A DNA stretch of 52,481 nucleotides. Source: Acidobacteriota bacterium. GTDB lineage: Bacteria; Acidobacteriota; Vicinamibacteria; Fen-336. The stretch lies in the NCBI GenBank assembly GCA_022340545.1, contig JAJDNV010000255.1:1-52481 (forward strand). Direction: 5' to 3'. Shown here piece by piece: positions 9,099-19,500 of the stretch (its first letter is position 1; every line of letters begins with the position of its first letter). A program made the position numbers and the translations under genes. The notes under the pieces were generated by a model. The model was not told the origin of the DNA. It saw only the letters and a program-made list of their open reading frames with translations, and searched no databases.

Positions 9099-11102
9099 TC
9101 ACCTGAGCAGCGAGCGGCCCACCATCTGCTCGGGCCGGCGGATGCCGAACCAGTCGAGGAGGGTCACCGGCAGATCGAGAATGCTCGGCCGGTCCCGGGT
9201 CACCGGGCGACTCGCCAAGAGCGTGCCCGGGACCAGATCGCGGGCCATGGAGTGGTCACCGCTCCAGGCCCAGGGGTTGAGGTCGATCGTCGAGCGCCCC
9301 GTTCCCCCCAGCACCGAGGGTGAGGAACAGCGGTAGCCGGGGGTGTACCCCACGAGCAGCTCGGCCATGCCGGGCGTGGCCTCCCCCTGGTACATCTCGT
9401 CCCTGCGATAGACCCGGGCGACCGGGCGCTGTCCGGTCTCGGGATCGACAACGCCCTCGAGCTCGCGCGTCAGCCGACCCAGGAGGCGCCCCGCCTTCTC
9501 GGGGCTCACGATGCCGCCCTTCTCCCGGCCCTCGAGGTTGAGGTAGAGGCCGTTGAAGCCGATCCCGTAGGCGGCGGTGCGGCTCCAATCCACGTCGGTG
9601 ATCGCCGTCTCCTCCTTCCTCCGCGCGGAGTCCTTCAGCGTCAGGTATCCGCTTTCGCGCAGCCAGGTGTTGAGGTGGAACTCCCGGGCGAAGGGGGCAA
9701 AGCCGTGGTCGGAACAGACGAGCAGCAGCGTCTGGTCGTCCACCGCGGGGAGAACCTCGCCCAGGAGCCCGTCCATCCGCTCGTAGAGGTACGGAATCCA
9801 CCCCGAGAACCGGACGTCCGAGTCGTGGTGGCGCGGGTGCGAAGGGTCCATGTTGCGCCAGAGCATGTGGGCGTCCTGGTCGGTGGAGGAGACGTAGAAG
9901 TAGAAGAGGCCGTCCTCGAAGCGTGACCAGAGGTGGCGAAACAGCGCCATGCGCTCTTCGAGGATCAGCTCCGCCTGACCCACGTACTGCTCGTCGTTGA
10001 TGATTCCGTAGTCCAGGGCCTTGGTGTCGCAGGGCAGACCCTTGGTCCAGTACGAGCCGATGTCGCGCGCGATGTCGGCCCCCAGCTCCTTCGGCCAGGT
10101 CACCGGCACCGCCTGGCTCTCCGGGTCGATGTTCACCGCGGTGGCATACAGCTGAAAGTGCGGTCTCACCTGCTTGAGAAGGAAGCGCACGATGCCCGAC
10201 ACCTTGCCGATGAGCGGCAGGAGCGTGAACTCCACCTTCACCCAGTCCGAGTACTCGCCCTTCTCGAGGATGACGGATCGTCCGCCGATCCGGATGCAGA
10301 CGGCGTCGCGGTCGGGGTCCAGGTGGACGGTGAAGGGGATCGAGGCCTGGTTCGCCCCGGTGCCCGGGGGCGGACTGACGAGCGTGTTGACCGGTCCCCG
10401 GAGCTCGGCATCGACCCGGTTGGCCTCGACCTCCACGTAGTCCACGGTGCCGCCGGAGATGTCGCCGTAGATCTCGAGGCGGTGGGAGGTGTAGTAGCTG
10501 AAAGACCCGTAGGAGTCGACGAGGTCGGGTGTCCCCATCCCGGAGATGGCGCCGGTGGCGGTCTCGTCGACCGGGAAGTTGGTCGGAACCTTCGAGACCC
10601 AGGCCGGAATGCCCCGCTCGGTCAGGTAGGCCCAGAACGGCTTCCCGCGACGCAGGCTCACCGGCCCGCCGCCGATCAGGGGGAGGTGGACGTCGCCGAA
10701 GTCGACGGTGACGCGGGGCGCGTGGTTCTCGAAGATGGAGAACTGCGGCAGGTGCGTGGCCGGGTCGCGGGCGATGAAGTCGCCGATGCCGTGGCCGCCC
10801 GGGGTCTGGCCGGTGATGAAGCTGGACCAGGCCACCGGGCTGAGGGCCGGCATCGTGGTGGCGAGGGGGCCGAAGGTGCCCATCTCGGCCAGCCTCTTGA
10901 AGTTCGGAAGTCGGCCGTGATCGGCCAGGCGGTGCACGATTCCGGGGTCCAACCCGTCGAGGGCAAGCACGATGGCCTTACGGCCGGCGGCGCGGCGGCG
11001 CGGGCCGCACCCCGGGAACGACGAGGCCAGTCCGCCGGTCACACCTCCGGCCAGGCGCCGCAGGAAGGTTCGACGATCATGATTGTCGATGGACCCGTCC
11101 AC
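9099..11102 (-). CDS. Alkaline phosphatase superfamily (type I phosphodiesterase/NPP-like) protein, Tat signal
   Basis: RRTFLRRL; VLALDGLD, PALSPVAWSSFITG, DQDAH, CSDHGF, WSGDH; GTG start overlaps upstream TAG, RBS GGAGGAG. Confidence 0.88.
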   Translation of the reverse strand: MDGSIDNHDRRTFLRRLAGGVTGGLASSFPGCGPRRRAAGRKAIVLALDGLDPGIVHRLADHGRLPNFKRLAEMGTFGPLATTMPALSPVAWSSFITGQTPGGHGIGDFIARDPATHLPQFSIFENHAPRVTVDFGDVHLPLIGGGPVSLRRGKPFWAYLTERGIPAWVSKVPTNFPVDETATGAISGMGTPDLVDSYGSFSYYTSHRLEIYGDISGGTVDYVEVEANRVDAELRGPVNTLVSPPPGTGANQASIPFTVHLDPDRDAVCIRIGGRSVILEKGEYSDWVKVEFTLLPLIGKVSGIVRFLLKQVRPHFQLYATAVNIDPESQAVPVTWPKELGADIARDIGSYWTKGLPCDTKALDYGIINDEQYVGQAELILEERMALFRHLWSRFEDGLFYFYVSSTDQDAHMLWRNMDPSHPRHHDSDVRFSGWIPYLYERMDGLLGEVLPAVDDQTLLLVCSDHGFAPFAREFHLNTWLRESGYLTLKDSARRKEETAITDVDWSRTAAYGIGFNGLYLNLEGREKGGIVSPEKAGRLLGRLTRELEGVVDPETGQRPVARVYRRDEMYQGEATPGMAELLVGYTPGYRCSSPSVLGGTGRSTIDLNPWAWSGDHSMARDLVPGTLLASRPVTRDRPSILDLPVTLLDWFGIRRPEQMVGRSLLR

Positions 11103-11905
11103 TATCTCTCCTCCGTGTTCAGTGCGTCCGTGCCCGAGCGATTGGCCGCGAGCGGGCGGTTGGAGTCCCTCCGGGGCGAGCGGCCCTCGAAGGGAGCCCC
11201 GTGGCCGGGGACGATCACGTCGGCGCGGCCGGCGATGAGCCGCATCTGCTCCGGGATGAGCTCGGGCCTCCATGACGAGCCCGGGGGCACCGCGCGTTCG
11301 CAGTGGTCGCGGTTCAGGATGAGATCGCCGGCCAGGGCGTAGACTCGACCGCCGACGCTGGCGAACACCGCGAGAGAGCCCGGTGTGTGCCCGGGGCAGT
11401 GGCGGACATAGACATGTCGCCCCAGCGTCTGAAGCGCGGGCCACGTCTCCGAGTCGCGCGGACGGGGGAAGGCCTCCGGGCTGAGCTCGAGCAGGGCGCT
11501 CCCCTTCAGCCTCAGCGTCCGGTCGCCCTTGAAGTAGAAGGCGAGCCGCTCGTCCTCGTGGAAGACGAAGAGGGCGTCCGAGAAGAGCTCCTTGTGCCCG
11601 ATGTGGTCCGGGTGGAGATGGGTGAAGAGGACCGCATGGATGTCCGCGGGCTCGAGCCCCCACACCCTCAGCGCGGAGAGGAGCTTCTCCGGGTCCTCCC
11701 CCGGGTGTCCCAGGTCCACCAGGACGCGAAAGCCGGCGCACTCGAGCAAGGTGCACGTGGGCCACGACTCCTTGACCCCCTCGTCGCGGGAGATCTCGAT
11801 GAGACCGGGGCGGACCACGGCGAGGGTGATGGACGGGGCCCCAGGCCCGGCGGCTGGCAATGCCAGGGCGAGCGTTCGGGCCCCTTCGTGGCGCTGCTTG
11901 TGCAT
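11102..11905 (-). CDS. MBL-fold metallo-hydrolase
   Basis: THLHPDHIG, PGHTPG, AGDL, VPGHG; AGGAG RBS. Confidence 0.88.
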   Translation of the reverse strand: MHKQRHEGARTLALALPAAGPGAPSITLAVVRPGLIEISRDEGVKESWPTCTLLECAGFRVLVDLGHPGEDPEKLLSALRVWGLEPADIHAVLFTHLHPDHIGHKELFSDALFVFHEDERLAFYFKGDRTLRLKGSALLELSPEAFPRPRDSETWPALQTLGRHVYVRHCPGHTPGSLAVFASVGGRVYALAGDLILNRDHCERAVPPGSSWRPELIPEQMRLIAGRADVIVPGHGAPFEGRSPRRDSNRPLAANRSGTDALNTEER

Positions 11906-11943
11906 ACGGACTCCTGAGATCACGACGTCGACAGGCTGGTGGT

Positions 11944-11959
11944 TGCACGGACCGCGCCA
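11944..11959 (-). promoter_or_regulatory. Candidate sigma54 -24/-12 promoter for the MBL-phosphodiesterase operon
   Basis: Minus strand TGGCGC-GGTCC-GTGCA about 40 bp upstream of ATG 11905. Confidence 0.5.
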
Positions 11960-12123
11960 CCGTGCTCGACGGCGGTGGTCCGCGGCCGTCAGGCCGGGAG
12001 GAGAGGCGTCTACCGCAAGCGTCCCGCCGTTGGGGCGGGTGGCGCTTCGTCAAGGGCAAGAGGATTCCCCACCGGCTGGGGGATATCCCGCGACGGACCC
12101 TGGGGCGGGGGCCCGCCCTTCGC

Positions 12124-13416
12124 CTACAGGAGCAGGCTGACCGGGCTCTCGAGGAGGCGCCGGACCTCCGCCAGGAACCGGGCCCCGAGCGCGCCGTCCA
12201 CGACGCGGTGATCGCAGCTCAGGGTCACGTTCATGCGGCTTCCGATCGCGAGGCGGTCCTCGACGACGACGGGGGCCTTCCGGACCGCGCCGATCGCCAG
12301 GATGCAGCTCTCCGGCGGGTTGATGATGGCGGTGAACTCGCTGACGTCGAACATCCCGAGGTTCGACGTCGTGAAGGTCGAGCCCGTGAACTCCTCGGGC
12401 TTGAGCTTCCGGTCGCGTGCCCGCCTCGCGAGCTCCTTGATCTCCCGGGAGATCTCCACGACCGACTTGCGGTCGGCATCGCGCACGACCGGGGTGATCA
12501 GGCCGTCGGGGATGGCGACCGCGACGCCGACGTGAACCCCGGCATGGGTGATGATGCGGTCGTCGGCCCATGAGGCGTTGACCGTCGGAAAGCGTGTGAG
12601 GGCCCTGGCGCAGGCCTTCACCACCAGGTCGTTGAAGGAGACCTTGATCCCCTCGGCCCGTTGCAGCTGCTTCCGCAGCGAGACCGCGTCGTCCATGGCG
12701 ATCTCGACCGTGACGTAGAAGTGGGGCGCGGTGAACTTGCTCTCGGCGAGCCGGCGGGCGATCGTCCGGCGGATGTTCGAGTGGGGGATCTCGGTGCCAG
12801 GGGTGACCGAGGGGACGGGTACCTTCAGACCCGGGGCTGCGGGCGCCGAGGCCGGGGGCGCGGCGAGGTGGCCCTCCACGTCGCGCTTGACGATGCGCCC
12901 GCCGGGCCCGGAGCCGGTGATCGACTCGAGCGGAACGTTGCTGCGGGCCGCCATCGCCCGCGCGAGGGGGCTGGCCTTGATCCGGCCGCCCGGGGCGGCG
13001 GTGGGGAAGGGCACGACAGGGGCGGCGGTGCGAGCCGCGGCCGGGGTGGCCGGTGGCGCGGGTGCGGAGGGCGGCGATGGCGCGGGTGCCGGTGCCTCGT
13101 CGGTCGCTTCGGGCGTGGCCTCCGGCGCGGCCTTCGCCTCCGCCTCCGCCTCGGCCAGCACGGCCGCGATGTCCTCGCCCTCGTCGGCGATCACGCCGAT
13201 GAGGGCGCCCACCGGGGCCGTGCCGCCGGCCGGCACGAGGATCTTACGGAGGACGCCCGCGCCGAGGGCCTCCATCTCCATGTTGGCCTTGTCGGTCTCG
13301 ATCTCGGCGAGCACGTCGCCGACCTTGACCGCGTCGCCCTCCTGCTTGTTCCAGGTTACGACGGTGCCCTCCTCCATCGTGGGGGAGAGCTTCGCAAGGA
13401 CCACCTTGAGAATCAT
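12124..13416 (-). CDS. pdhC: Pyruvate dehydrogenase E2 dihydrolipoamide acetyltransferase
   Basis: LSPTMEEG...ETDKA lipoyl domain, ASPLAR/GSGPGGRI subunit-binding domain, DHRVVDG. Confidence 0.93.
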   Translation of the reverse strand: MILKVVLAKLSPTMEEGTVVTWNKQEGDAVKVGDVLAEIETDKANMEMEALGAGVLRKILVPAGGTAPVGALIGVIADEGEDIAAVLAEAEAEAKAAPEATPEATDEAPAPAPSPPSAPAPPATPAAARTAAPVVPFPTAAPGGRIKASPLARAMAARSNVPLESITGSGPGGRIVKRDVEGHLAAPPASAPAAPGLKVPVPSVTPGTEIPHSNIRRTIARRLAESKFTAPHFYVTVEIAMDDAVSLRKQLQRAEGIKVSFNDLVVKACARALTRFPTVNASWADDRIITHAGVHVGVAVAIPDGLITPVVRDADRKSVVEISREIKELARRARDRKLKPEEFTGSTFTTSNLGMFDVSEFTAIINPPESCILAIGAVRKAPVVVEDRLAIGSRMNVTLSCDHRVVDGALGARFLAEVRRLLESPVSLLL

Positions 13417-14390
13417 CGATAGAGCACCTGGTTGACGGCGTCGATGATCTGCTTCGGCTGGGGAAGGTAGGCCTTCTCCAGCTTCTTCGAGTAGGGCATG
13501 GGGACGTCGGCCGCGGTGATCCGAAGGATGGGGGCGTCGAGGTCGTCGAAGCAGCCTCGCTGGACGCGGTCCGCGACCTCGGCCCCGAAGCCCGCGTAGC
13601 GCCACCCCTCTTCGACCACCACGCACCGGTTGGTCTTGCGGACGGAGTCGAAGATCACGTCCTCGTCGAGCGGCCGCAGCGTTCGCGGATCCACGATCTC
13701 GGCCTCGACACCCTCGGCGGCCAGGAGGTCGGCCGCCTCCAGCGCCCGCTGGACCGAGCGGCTCCAGGCCACGATCGTGACGTCCTTGCCCTCGCGCTTC
13801 ACGTCGCCGAGACCGAGGGGGATCGTGTACTCCTCGTCCCGGACCTCGCCCTTGAGGTTGTAGAGGACCTCGTTCTCCATGAAGATGACCGGGTTGTCGT
13901 CGCGGATGGAAGCCTTGAGGAGGCCCTTGGCATCGGAGGGGGTCGAGGGCATGGCCACCACGAGCCCGGGCACGTGAGTGAACCAGCTCTCGAAGGCCTG
14001 CGAGTGCTGGGCCGCGACCTGGGCCGCCGCCCCCGACGGTCCTCGCAGCACCATGGGGCACCGAACCTGGCCGCCCGACATGTAGCGATACTTGGCGGCG
14101 TGGTTGACGATCTGGTCGAGGGCGAGGAGCGAGAAGTTGAAGGTCATCATCTCGGCGATCGGGCGCATGCCGACGAAGGCCGCCCCCACCGCAACCCCGG
14201 CGATCGCCTCCTCCGCGATCGGGGTGTCCCGCACCCGCCACTCGCCGAACTCCTGGATCAGGCCCTGCGTGACCTTGTAGGGACCCTGGTACTGCCCAAC
14301 CTCCTCGCCGATCAGGAACACGGAGGGGTCGCGACGCATCTCCTCGCGCATCGCCTGGTTGAGGGCGTCGCGCATGGTGATGACGGCCAT
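13413..14390 (-). CDS. pdhB: Pyruvate dehydrogenase E1 beta subunit
   Basis: GEEVGQYQG, DTPIAE, AAQHSQ, DAKGLLK. Confidence 0.95.
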   Translation of the reverse strand: MAVITMRDALNQAMREEMRRDPSVFLIGEEVGQYQGPYKVTQGLIQEFGEWRVRDTPIAEEAIAGVAVGAAFVGMRPIAEMMTFNFSLLALDQIVNHAAKYRYMSGGQVRCPMVLRGPSGAAAQVAAQHSQAFESWFTHVPGLVVAMPSTPSDAKGLLKASIRDDNPVIFMENEVLYNLKGEVRDEEYTIPLGLGDVKREGKDVTIVAWSRSVQRALEAADLLAAEGVEAEIVDPRTLRPLDEDVIFDSVRKTNRCVVVEEGWRYAGFGAEVADRVQRGCFDDLDAPILRITAADVPMPYSKKLEKAYLPQPKQIIDAVNQVLYR

Positions 14391-14392
14391 GG

Positions 14393-15463
14393 CTAGCTCC
14401 CCACCTTGGCGTCGTCCGGGACCGGGAACTCCTGCGGCACGCGGTCCTCGGAGCGTGCGGCACGCCAGGCCGGGTCCCGGTCGGCAGCCCTGGCGTTGAT
14501 GAAGGGGGAGCGCACGTAGACGTCCTCGTACAACGTCTCCGGGGCCGGCCACGGGCTCTGCTCCGCGTACTTGACCGCGTCCTCCACCTGGGCGAGCACG
14601 TCCTTGTCCATGGCCTCGAGGTGGGTGGCGGCAACCCGGTGCTTCTTCCGGAGGTGCTTGGCGAAGAGCCGGACGGGGTCGTGGCTCATCATCTCCTCGA
14701 TCTCGTCCTTCGTCCGGTACTTGCCCGGGTCGGACATGGAGTGGCCACGGTACCGGTAGGTCTCGGCTTCGAGGAGGGTGGGCTGCTTGTCCTTCCGGGC
14801 CCGCTCGATGGCCTCGCCGAGCGCCTCACGGACGGCGAGAAGATCCATCCCGTCCACATCTTGGCGGGGGATGCCATAGGCGCTGCCCCGCTGGTAGAGG
14901 TCCTTCACCGACGAGGCCCGGGAGATCGAGGTGCCCATCCCGTAGCGGTTGTTTTCGATGACGAAGACGACCGGGAGCCCCCACAGGGCGCTCACGTTCA
15001 AGGCCTCGTGGAACGCCCCCTCGTTGACCGCACCGTCACCGAAGAAGCAGACGACGACCTGGTCCGTCTCGCGTATGCGGATCGAGTAGCCCATCCCGGC
15101 CGCGATCGGCAGGTGCCCCGCCACGATCCCGTCTCCGCCGAAGTTGCCGGACGGCACGTCGTAGAAGTGCATGCTGCCACCCTTGCCGCGGCTGATCCCT
15201 CCGATCTTGCCGCACAGCTCGGCCATGAGCGGGCGCGGGTCGGTGCCGCGGGCGAGGGCATACCCGTGGTCGCGGTAGGAGGTGACGAAGTAGTCGTCTG
15301 GCCTGAGCAGGCCCATCGCGCCCACTGCCACCGCCTCCTGGCCGATGTACAGGTGGAGGAAGCCTCCGATCTTACCCTGCACGTAGAGCTGGGCACAGCG
15401 CTCCTCGAACCGCCGGATGAGGAGCATGGCCCGGTAGTGCGCGAGCGCTTCGTCCTTCTTCAT
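14393..15463 (-). CDS. pdhA: Pyruvate dehydrogenase E1 alpha subunit
   Basis: GFLHLYIGQEA, GKGGSMH, GDGA...ENN TPP motif, YRYRGHSMSDP. Confidence 0.95.
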   Translation of the reverse strand: MKKDEALAHYRAMLLIRRFEERCAQLYVQGKIGGFLHLYIGQEAVAVGAMGLLRPDDYFVTSYRDHGYALARGTDPRPLMAELCGKIGGISRGKGGSMHFYDVPSGNFGGDGIVAGHLPIAAGMGYSIRIRETDQVVVCFFGDGAVNEGAFHEALNVSALWGLPVVFVIENNRYGMGTSISRASSVKDLYQRGSAYGIPRQDVDGMDLLAVREALGEAIERARKDKQPTLLEAETYRYRGHSMSDPGKYRTKDEIEEMMSHDPVRLFAKHLRKKHRVAATHLEAMDKDVLAQVEDAVKYAEQSPWPAPETLYEDVYVRSPFINARAADRDPAWRAARSEDRVPQEFPVPDDAKVGS

Positions 15464-15556
15464 TGTTGTCTTCGTTTGCCTCTGCGCCGAACGATGGGCG
15501 AAGAAGCCATGTTTACAAAGGATGGCCCCGGCGTCAACGAACGACAGGTGGGTGCC

Positions 15557-16420
15557 TCACAGGAGGAGAACGGCCCCCGCGGTCAGGGCGAGGCCCACGG
15601 CCAGCATGCCCAGGAGCGACAGGGCGAACGTGGGCTCGGCGTCGCCCGCCCCCGTGGTTCGCCCCGGGGCCTCGAAGGTGGCCCGGACGTCGGCCCGAAG
15701 CATGTAGATCAGCACCGTCACCGAAGCGAAGGTGAAGGGACACACCAACAAGCCGATCCCCGCGGCCGCGATCTGGAGGTGGCGTGCCCAGGCTGCCCGC
15801 GCGCGGAGACCCACCGCCATGACGCCGGCCAGGGCCCCGAGCACCAGGCCTGTCCCCGCGGCCAGAACACCGACCACGGCCTCGGAGCGCAAGGCGACGA
15901 TGAGGCCTCCGGCCACGCAGGCCGGCACGGTCAGCGCCCACAGGAGCGAGAGGGCGGTGACGGTGAGGGGTGGCCGGGTTTCCGGCAGGGGCGCGGCCAC
16001 ACGTGCCGGTCGCAGCGTCGAGCGAGCGGACTGCGACCGGGCCCGCGACGAAGAAGGGTGTCGCCCGACGGGGGGACGGGGCGTCGGCGGCCGGCCGGTG
16101 AGATCCAGCTCGTCGGGGGCGACGACGACGGTCGCGCCGACGTCGGGCAGCACCTCGAGAACGGTGTCCCCCAGGCGCACGGTGTCGCCGGGGGAGAGGG
16201 GTGAGCGCTCCAGACGGCGGCCGTTCACATAGATGCCGTTGGCGCTCCCGGCGTCCCGAATGACGAGGCCGTCCGCGGTCTCTTCGATCACCGCGTGGCG
16301 CCGTGAGCACCGGCTGTCGCTCAGCACGATGTCGCAGGAGGGGTCGCGTCCGATGACGGCCTTTCCTGGCAGGTCGACCTCGTGGGGTGTGCCCTCGGGA
16401 TGGGAGACCTCGAGCTTCAT
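15557..16420 (-). CDS. FHA domain protein with Pro/Arg-rich linker and C-terminal transmembrane helices
   Basis: IGRD, SRRH, GSANG FHA motifs; several hydrophobic segments at the C-terminus. Confidence 0.85.
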   Translation of the reverse strand: MKLEVSHPEGTPHEVDLPGKAVIGRDPSCDIVLSDSRCSRRHAVIEETADGLVIRDAGSANGIYVNGRRLERSPLSPGDTVRLGDTVLEVLPDVGATVVVAPDELDLTGRPPTPRPPVGRHPSSSRARSQSARSTLRPARVAAPLPETRPPLTVTALSLLWALTVPACVAGGLIVALRSEAVVGVLAAGTGLVLGALAGVMAVGLRARAAWARHLQIAAAGIGLLVCPFTFASVTVLIYMLRADVRATFEAPGRTTGAGDAEPTFALSLLGMLAVGLALTAGAVLLL

Positions 16421-16453
16421 GGGCTTCACCGAGCGAACACGCGCCGACGCGAG

Positions 16454-16462
16454 ATTGTAGCA
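16454..16462 (-). promoter_or_regulatory. Candidate extended -10 (TGCTACAAT) for the FHA gene
   Basis: In the ~100 bp divergent gap between FHA and large GDH; TAGCAT on the + strand near 16491 may serve the GDH gene. Confidence 0.5.
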
Positions 16463-16522
16463 GGGGTCGACTTCGAACCGGGGGGCCGTGTAGCATCGCG
16501 GGGTTCCAAGGAGACTGCGAAG

Positions 16523-19500
16523 ATGGTGCCTGGAGATCCCGGGAAGCGGGCGGCGCGGCTCGCCGAGGTGGTCGAGATCGTCGGCCGTGAGGTCGCACCC
16601 GAACAGAGGGACCTGGCGCTGAGCTTCGTCTCCCTGGTCTTCGAGGACCTGCCTCCCCGCATCGCGCTCGAGCTCCCGGCCCCCGCCGTCGCCGCCCGTC
16701 TGCTCTCCCATTTCCATTTCGTGGCCCGTGAGATGCCGCCTCCCCACCAGCTCTACCGGGGGCTGCCCGGCATCCACGTCGCGGTGTGGAACCCCGCGGA
16801 CGAGCGGGCCCGCGCCCTGGGAGGGGGGGCGGGGCTGCCGATCGAGACCACGATCGTCCAGACCCACACCCCCGACAGGCCGTTCATCTTCGACAGCCTC
16901 AAGAACTACTTCCAGCGGTCGGGCGACCGGGTCTACTCCGCGATCCACCCGATGTTCACCGTCCGCCGGCAGTGGGAGCGGGTCGTCTCGTTCGGGGGAA
17001 TGCAGGACGAGGGGAGCCGGGAGAGCTACACCTTCTTCCAGATCGAGCCGCTCGAGTCGAAGGACCGCCGGCGCCGGATGGAGCACGAGATCTTCTCGCT
17101 TCTGAAGGCCGTCTTCCTCGCGGTGGACGACTTCGCGGACATGCGGCGTTCCTGTCGGGACCTCGTCGGCCGTCTTCGCAGCCCGCGGGGGGACGGCGAC
17201 CAACTGGCGTCGGCGCGGGGGTTCATCGAGTGGCTGCTCGAGGACAACTACATCTTCATGGGAACCGTGTCCTACCGGGTCGGCCGCGATGGGCGGTTCT
17301 ACCGGGTGGACGAGACCGCGCACGGGGCATTTGCGGACCCCGCGCTCCTGCCGATCGTCTTCCCGGGGGTCGGCGAGCACATTGAAGAGCATCTCCAGCC
17401 CCTCTCGGACGACAGCCGCATCATCGACCTGGATTTCTGCACCGGTGCCTCGGCGATCTACCACCTGGAGCCGATCGAGGACCTGACGCTGCGCGAGTGG
17501 GGCGAGGACGGTCGTCTCCAGAGCCTGACCTTCCTCCTGGGCCGGTTCGCCCGGGGCGCCTTCGCTCAGCGCGCGGACAGCATCCCGATCCTGCGGGAGA
17601 AGCAGCAGTGGCTGCTGGACCGCAGCGGGGCGACCCCGTTCTCGTACGTGTGGCGCCGGACGCGCGCCACCTTCAACCAGCTTCCCAAGGCGGACCTGCT
17701 CTACGCCGACGTGGCCGACCTCAAGCGGCTGATCGACCGCATCGTCCACGTCGCGAGCGACAACGAGGTGATCGTCGAGGGGCGCCAGGGCCCCGGCTAC
17801 GAGACCCTCTACGTGGCCTTCTCCCGGCTGCGCTACTCCTATCGCACCGAGCGGGAGCTGGGCCGGGCGCTGGGGGAGGCGTTCGGCCCCGTCGCCTTTG
17901 CGACCTCGGTGAGCGCAGGGGCGGTGAGCGTCCTCATCTTCTACTTCGACTCAGCCGGGCTGGACCGCCCGGTCGACGTCGCCGAGGCGAGGACGCTGGT
18001 CGTCTCCCTCGTTACGACCTGGGAGGACCGCATCGCGGCGGCGCTCGAGCAGGCGTTCGGCGAGAGGGAGGGACGGCGACTCTTTCGACGCTACGTGACC
18101 CCGGAGACGCGCAGCGGCCTCTACCGGGAGGTGACGGCGCCCGAGGACGTGCCCGCCGACCTCGAGCGTCTCGAGCAGCTCGAGCTCCGCCTCGACGTGC
18201 GGGTCGTCCCACGGACCGCCGAGCGGGTGACGATCATCCTCTACTCGGTGCGTGGTCTCGACCTCACGGACATCCTGAAGACGATGCAGAACCTCGGGCT
18301 GACCGTCCTCGAGGAGATGTGCATCCCGCTCAGCCTGCCCGAGGGCCGGCGCTGCCTGCTGTATCGCTTCGACGTCGAGGCGCCGCCGGAGCGGATCGCC
18401 GCGCTCCTCGACGGGGAGGGGCGGGTCGCCGAGGCCCTGCGCGCCCTCGACGAGGAGCGGGCCACGGACGACCCACTCAACGGGCTGATCCTCTCCGCCG
18501 GGCTCGGCTGGCGCGACGTGGAGATCCTGCGGACGCTGCGCAACCACCTGCTACAGATCCGGTCGCACTGGGCGGCGGACACGGTGAGCGGGGTGCTGGT
18601 GCGGAACGCGGGCGTCGCCGGTGCGCTTCATCGGGCCTTCGCGACGCGGTTCGACCCGACCCTCGAGGGCGCGGAGCCTCGCGAGCAGGCGATCGAGGAG
18701 GCGGACGCCGGCGTCGAGCAGGAGCTCGAGGCGGTGCGGAGCCTGGCCGAGGACGAGGTCCTCCGGGCCCTCGCCAACCTGATCGCCGCTTCTGTGCGCA
18801 CGAACGCGTACCAGCGGCCGGAGCGACCGGTCTTCTCGATCAAGGTCGACAGCGCCCGGGTGGAGGGGATGCCGTCGCCGCGTCCGATGTACGAGGTCTT
18901 CCTCCACTCCCGCCGCCTCGAGGGCATCCACCTGCGCGGTGGACGCGTCGCCCGAGGTGGCATCCGCTGGTCGGACCGACCCGACGACTACCGCACCGAG
19001 GTCCTGGGCCTGATGAAGACCCAGATGGTGAAGAACTCCGTGATCGTGCCCGTGGGGTCGAAGGGCGGCTTCGTTCTCAAGGGCCCGATCCCGCCGCGGC
19101 CGGCGCTCGACGAGTTCCTCGTGGACCGTTATCGGGAGTACGTGTCCGGCCTCCTCGACGTGACCGACAACCGCGAGGACGGGCGCATCCTCCACCCCCC
19201 CGAGGTGGTGCGCCACGACGGCGACGACGCCTATCTCGTGGTGGCGGCGGACAAGGGGACCGCACACCTCTCCGACACCGCCAACCAGGTTTCCTCCCAG
19301 TACGGTTTCTGGCTCGGGGACGCGTTCGCTTCCGGGGGCAGCGTCGGGTATGACCACAAGAAGATGGGGATCACCGCCCGGGGGGCCTGGGAGTGCGTCC
19401 ACCACCACTTCCGCAACCTGGGCCTGGACACCCAGAAGGACCCGTTCACGGTTGCGGCCATCGGCGACATGGGGGGAGACGTCTTCGGTAACGGAATGCT

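Noticed and set aside
9099-17749. Long N-terminal extensions of ORFs 9099..12059, 12124..14634 and 15557..17749, suggesting fusions
   Set aside because: Extensions overlap bona fide genes in other frames or on the other strand; internal starts with RBS or coupling explain the true proteins
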